DNA of 64,000 bases, from positions 56,916,001 through 56,980,000 of the forward strand of contig OX597816.1 in NCBI GenBank assembly GCA_951406725.2, read 5' to 3'. The position numbers and the translations under genes were made by a program. Origin of the DNA: Octopus vulgaris (taxonomy: Eukaryota). The notes beneath the pieces were generated by a model that was given only the letters and a program-made list of their open reading frames with translations, ran no database searches and was not told the origin of the DNA. Below, piece after piece: positions 58,005 through 64,000 of this stretch (positions are counted from its first letter, which is position 1; each line of letters opens with the position of its first letter).

Positions 58005-60186
58005 TATATGCAACAAATTTCAGGTTCAAAAAAAGTACAAGACTTGTTTCTGGATCAAAATATTGTCCTGATTCTGATTCTGACCTTTATTTCTCACCGT
58101 GTTCCTGTACCATGAATCATATATTTTATAATATACTGCATAATATTGCGTATTGAACAGAATATTGCAAATACTGAAAGTTACAAAAAAACAAAACATA
58201 AATTTAGTTGGTATAACAAAACATATATTGGTTATGAATTAAAAACACACCTGTCAGTTTAAACAACTTTTGTCCTTCTAAGCCTCTTGTGTGGAATGTG
58301 ATCTTTTTTTATATCCCAGCAGTAGTGTGCCAACATGCCAGGGTTCCATTTTCCTTTGAATCGTCGCTCCATCACTGAAATATCCTGATGGAATCTTTCG
58401 CCATGTTCGTCACTAACATCACCAAGATTTTCCCAAAAAATATCCAAATGAGAGTGAGCACATGAACTTTTAGAGACATGTTACATCTCATATCAGGATA
58501 ATGACTCAGCAGATCATTCACAACTTGCACATAGTCTTCTGAACGATGGTTGCCCAAACTTTCTTGAATGACTCAAAGGCAAGCTTCTCTTTTCTCTTGA
58601 GATGTGATGAAGGTTTCATCAAGTACAATTTTTCGAATTTGGGGACCCATGAAGAAGCCTTCTTTAATTTTAGCTTGACTCAGAGAAGGGAACTTTTCTG
58701 CAAGATATGCAAATGTAGAAGATTCCTTGTCCAAGGCTTTCACAAATTGCTTAAACAAACCAAGTTTAATATGCAAAGGTGGTAAAATAATTCTATCACT
58801 TTTCACAAGTGGTTTGTGCATGATGTCGTATTTTCCTTGCTCAATTTCATCTCGGATCGTCCAATCCTTGCGTACATAATGTTCAGCTCTTGCTCTTGAA
58901 TTCCATAAGCACAGGAAGCAGCAAAATTTAGTATAGCCGAGCTGAAGGCCAGTAAGCATGGCCACAACCTGAAAATCTGCACAAATATGCCAGGTATGGT
59001 CATCATACTATATGCTTGTTAGAATTGCTTTCATATTTTCATGATTCTTTCATGGTTGTGCTATAAGCTATGGGAACAGAAGGCAGAGTGTTACCATTGT
59101 GTAGCAGAAAGAGCTTTGATGCTGTCCTTGGATGCGTCTATGAAAAGTTGCCAGTTGGTTTTATCATATGGTATTTCCAGTTGCTCAAAAAGTTCAGTGA
59201 TGTCATTACAAAAGCATAAGTCATCCTTCATGGTGAATAATGCAAGCAGATCCTATGTAAGTGTTCTGTACAGTGCTGTCTTCACTCCTTTCTCAAGAAG
59301 ATTACGTTCTTGAAGCCTTGATGCCAGAAACTCACTTTACTCTTTGGTTAAATAGAGATCCCTGCACAAGTCATTTAGAGCTTCTTGAGAAAATGGTATT
59401 GGTTTCTCGCTTTCTGGATCATTGGGCTCCACACATTCGCCACTGGAATGTTCATCAGCACTGCTGGAAGTCTGCATTTTCGCGATCTGAAGGTTTGGGC
59501 ACAGGTAAATTTTCTGAGTGCTCTACTGGGTGCATTGCTGATTGCAAATTTGGGTAAACAATGTGTTTCTTTTTCTTTGCTGTTGTACAGTCTGTAAAGT
59601 CATGGTGACAGAAATAGCAATCATTAGAGTGATCTTTCTGCTCACGCCAAATCATTGGCACAGCAAACTTTATGTGATCATTTTTTTCCTGCATACCAGG
59701 CACTCAATGTTTTCACACATGTAAGGCAACACACATGAGGAGCCCATGACTTATCCTGGTCTCCTAGGTAACAATCGAAGTACGCCTTGTATATTTTCTT
59801 GATATGGCATGTAATACTGCGCTTTTCTCTAGCAAAAGTCGGTTCCCCACAGATATAACAGAATCTGTTTGGATCATTTTTGCACTGTCTTGCACTCATT
59901 GTTAAAAATAAATAAGATATGAAAGATAAAAAATAACATTAAACACAAGCTTTGAATCACATTGTAGGTGTTATTAAAACTGGTCTCTAGCCCTGGGTTG
60001 AAACCCATTTTACAATACGGTAGAGAATTTTATTTAATAATAATTTTTAAAAAAGGGTATACAGTGAAAATTCTGTAGAAACGATGCTTAATTCAATAAA
60101 AAGAAGGCCAGAAATGGATTTCCCATGTTATTTTGCATATAAAAATGACCACAGATCTCTTGTACTTTTTTGAGTGTTGCACAGTG
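58005..60186 (-). mobile_element. Chapaev3-type (CMC) DNA transposon, full length, frameshifted transposase (59899 to 58259)
   Basis: FCYICG..GDQDKSWAPHVCC..C, FAVPMIWRE..HSNDCYFC, LPPLHIKLGL, SLKVH, ENLGDVSDEHGERFHQDI; terminus CACTGTGCAACA at 60186 followed by TAA; eroded partner TGCAACA..AAAAAGTACAAGA near 58009-58042. Confidence 0.82.
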
Positions 60187-60667
60187 TAAGTGGTCAAAAA
60201 AGCCTTTGTCAAGGGATGGCATGCGGTTTCATTCCCCATTGAAGTTGGCTGCCGCAGCTTTTCAACTAGATTAGTGCGCTATTTCCTACGTAAGATTGGC
60301 CAGGAGTCCACACTACTAAGGAAATGCACGAAAGAGTTAAGTACAGCAGCTCAAACCAGCTGAAGATGGTTGTGGTTGATAAAAGATCGCTTGGGGGACC
60401 CTTCTGCAAGACTAGCTCATTTCTCGCTGCCCCACTAAGCCGGAACGTACAAGCCAAGGGGCGAAATGCTTGTGACCCTGAGATACTTGCTAAGGATGTG
60501 AATAGGCCTCCAGATTGTAATGGATTCAGAAGAGCTTGTAAAACCGCTGAGTGGTTCTAGCAGTTTCTGTATGGGGCAAAGCATTTCTGGTGTTTATTTC
60601 ACCGAAAAGATTCTGTTATTAGCACACCGAGAACGTGTCACTCTAGAGATTCAATGTTTGTGTGTGT

Positions 60668-60706
<39 letters not shown>

Positions 60707-61225
60707 TTTGTGAGTGTGTGGCTCACTGTATGTATGTGTGTGTGAGTGTGTGACTCATTGTATATGTGTGTTTGTGTGTCTGGCATTATGTATTTATGTG
60801 CAAGATTATGTCTAAACGTGTGTATTTGTTTGTGGTTGTGTTTGTGTTTGTGCATTTCTTTGTGGTTGTGTATGGTTGTGCGTGACTGCGTGCGCGCACG
60901 TGTGTGTATGTGTGTGTGTGTGTGAGTGTGTGTGTGTGAGAGTGTGCTTCTTTGTGTGACGTTTTATAAACAGTACAAAAGTTTTCTTTCCCAATAATAA
61001 CTTTTATAAAAAGAAAACTCCCCAAATAAATTCAAACAACAAACAACTGTGTGAGATTAAAACCAGTTGATAACCCTAATGTTATCGTGTTAAATCTGAC
61101 ATGTAAATAGAAGTTAAATCTATAATTGGAATTAGAACTGTACATTATTGTCTTCAACTAAAATTAAAATATCGTTTATATATACATTCTTTTATTATTT
61201 TACTTGTTTCAGTCACCTGACTGCG

Positions 61226-61297
<72 letters not shown>

Positions 61298-62577
61298 TGT
61301 ATGTATGTATGTATGTATGTATGTATGTATATATGCATGCATACATATACAGGTAGAATAGGTTTTTAAATATACCACGCTATATCTTACATAAACAAAA
61401 TCAGACAAATGTTTATATATTTCAGTAGCAACGAAATAATTGGGTACCGGGTGTTTATGATGTTCTTTGCTTGTTGGTGATTGGCTGAGAAGGGGTTGAG
61501 TTTCATTCGTGAATTCTATTAATTGCTGTAACCAGTTCCATTTCTCTCCCATACCGCGTTTTGGTCATGCGAATCCATAAACCCTAAGGAATGACTCTTT
61601 TTTTTTCTCGGCGAAGAAAGCAAAATCTATCTGGAAGAACCTTTACAGAATTCTCATTTTTTAAATGAAATTTTCTACTGTTTGACCAAAGCGTTTAACT
61701 AGTAAAAAACGGTTAATCGATAAATTGGTTAACGGAGTAACTAACCCATTGAGTAACAACGGCTATAAAGGGCCATACCAGTGCGCGTGTTTATCTTTAC
61801 CGGAATAATACCCCGATTCAATAGTGCAAGATTATTTGTAAACGTTAAATTTTCATAGCAGATTACATTTTCATTTCAGCTCTTGTATTCTAATAAACGA
61901 CTATATATATTGCAATATTTCAATTTTGATCGTCATCATAGAAAATGGTTACAAAATGGTGAAGGTGTCCTGCTATAAAGACGTAAATGCTACTCATCAA
62001 TAAGGAACTATTGATGCCATGTATAAGAAAAGACCTCCAGATATCTAGAGGTGATGGGAGTAGTTGCTTTTTCTAATGTTCGATAACTCCAGTGATTACA
62101 ACGGATTATCTAATGGAAGATAAAGTTACCTTGGATTGAGTTAAGGATAAGAGGAACATCAATTTTACACATCTCTTTCACAACAGGAAACATACTTCCA
62201 GTGGTTGTGTCTTCAGCTGGGCGGGTCGGTCGTCATAGCACAGTATTTTGTACAGCATTAATTCACGTAATCCTGAAATACTTTGTATAAAATAGTAACT
62301 AACATATCCAGCAGTAAATAGTCTCTCTGGTTGGAAGTAACCTAACTGCATATAGATACAATATAGTGGCCACAGTTATAGCTATAAACATCAGAAATAT
62401 AGTATTGTTGTTGTTGTTGACGTACTTATAAAATTATTATATGGTACTTATGTACCATATAATGGATGTTGTTTTGAGGTTTGGTGACATCATGCCTCCT
62501 CGGTGTCTTCAAAGTTGTATGTGAATCCTGATCTGAGAGATATTGAATCCTGAGTAGAATAGAAATGGTGAGACTGA

Positions 62578-63122
62578 TTTACTTCTTTCAGTTATTTGAC
62601 TGCGGCCATGCTGGAACACTGCCTTAAAGGGTTTAGGTCGAAGAAATCGATCTCAGGTCTTATTCTTTGTAAGCCTTGTACTTATTCTATCGAACTCTTT
62701 TACCGAACTGCTAATTTACGGAGACCTAAACACGCCAACATCGTTTGACAAGTGATGATGGGGGATGGGCCTAACACAGATACAGATACACGCACACATA
62801 AATATATACATATATATTTCAGTTTCGCCGGGCGAAATGCTTAGCGGTATTTCGTCTGTCGTTACGTTCTGAGTTCAAATTCCGCCGAGGTCAACTTTGC
62901 CTTTCATCCTTTCGGGGTCGATAAATAAAGTACCAGTTTCGCACTGGGGGCGATATAATCGACTCAATCCCTTCGTCTGTCCTTGTTTGTCCCCTCTATG
63001 TTTAGCCCCTTCTGGGCAGTAAAGAAATATATATCCACTCACAAGGCTTTGGTCGATCCGAGGCTATAGTAGAAGACATTTGCCTAAGGTGCCACGCAAC
63101 GGAAGTGAGCCCGGAACCATGT
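62578..63122 (-). mobile_element. SINE family B interrupted by a + strand family A SINE (62826-63030)
   Basis: Family B sequence TTTCAGTTTC|..|ATCCACTCACAAGGC is split by a family A copy. Confidence 0.82.
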
Positions 63123-63629
63123 GTGTATACTAAAGCGAAATTCCTACCTTCTCTATTCGCATTCGAGACTCACAAATTTGTTTTTCTTTTGTTTAAAGTT
63201 AAGGAGAGAATGAAAAAATCTAACAAAGTTCTTCAGCCAAAAATGTATCATAAAATATTTTGGCAAAAAAGCAAGCCTTAATATAAATAGACTTCTATAT
63301 TTCTCCACTATATTTTTAATCTAAGACATTTCCTATATTTTAACTCCAGACAACTCTGGAATTTAACCGAGTAGACGCTGCAGATTTGAACACCAAATAA
63401 AATAGACTATAAACTTTTATAAATTAAAAATATGAGTTTCGCAGTAAATTTTTCACGTTCAAAGTTGGTGAAAGATGTTTTGTTTGACATCATTCATCAG
63501 CTTTTTTTTGTTATGTCTTCGCAGATTATGAGCTAATGCACGTATTCCGTACTTGAGTTTATGTTAGTATTATTTCTATCTGATGATACGTGAATGCCTG
63601 CGTAGTATATACGTACGTAAATACATATG

Positions 63630-63697
<68 letters not shown>

Positions 63698-63789
63698 TAT
63701 GTGTGTGTGTATTATATACCTAAGTATACACATGTGTATACATGTATACATCTGCATAAATATATACGCACACATAAATGTTTATATAT

Positions 63790-63847
<58 letters not shown>

Positions 63848-64000
63848 AGAATTTACGATAAAAGCAAAAGACGAAGAGAGGGGTGTAGAAAACAAACAGA
63901 TGTATTAGTATAACGCTCGGGAATTGGAAAATATATATTTAGTAGATAAATAGATAGATAGATAGATAGATAGATAGAGATAGATAGATAGATAGATAGA

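Noticed and set aside
60230-60650. Non-repetitive patch with short ORFs
   Set aside because: No recognisable domain or clear splice-site pair
61470-61800. CCAAT-like and TATAAAG motifs as a promoter
   Set aside because: Short motifs are expected by chance in AT-rich DNA and no downstream gene is evident

Overview
AT-rich eukaryotic intergenic or intronic DNA, very dense in microsatellites and transposon debris. The SINE families and the (TA)n/(TATG)n/(GATA)n load point to an octopus-type cephalopod genome (inference). I can support no host protein-coding gene; almost all listed ORFs are translated microsatellites. Recognisable elements: a 5'-truncated Penelope-like retroelement (PLE, probably Naiad clade) with an open RT + GIY-YIG frame and a 3' pseudo-LTR (44851-46390); decayed mariner, Chapaev3-type and hAT transposons (the hAT has an internal ~1.1 kb inversion); RTE, CR1, R4/Dong and Tx1-like LINE fragments; a Helitron-like element; MITEs; and many tRNA-derived SINEs. 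The most striking signal is a set of about 14 minimal type I hammerhead ribozyme motifs (CUGANGA...GAAA, self-complementary helix III). They belong to at least 7 unrelated short-repeat families that mostly abut (TA)n tracts. Several are long near-perfect palindromes, one is tied by sequence to the PLE in this window, and one is fused to a tRNA-derived head. All coordinates and alignments were read by eye and may be off by a few bases.
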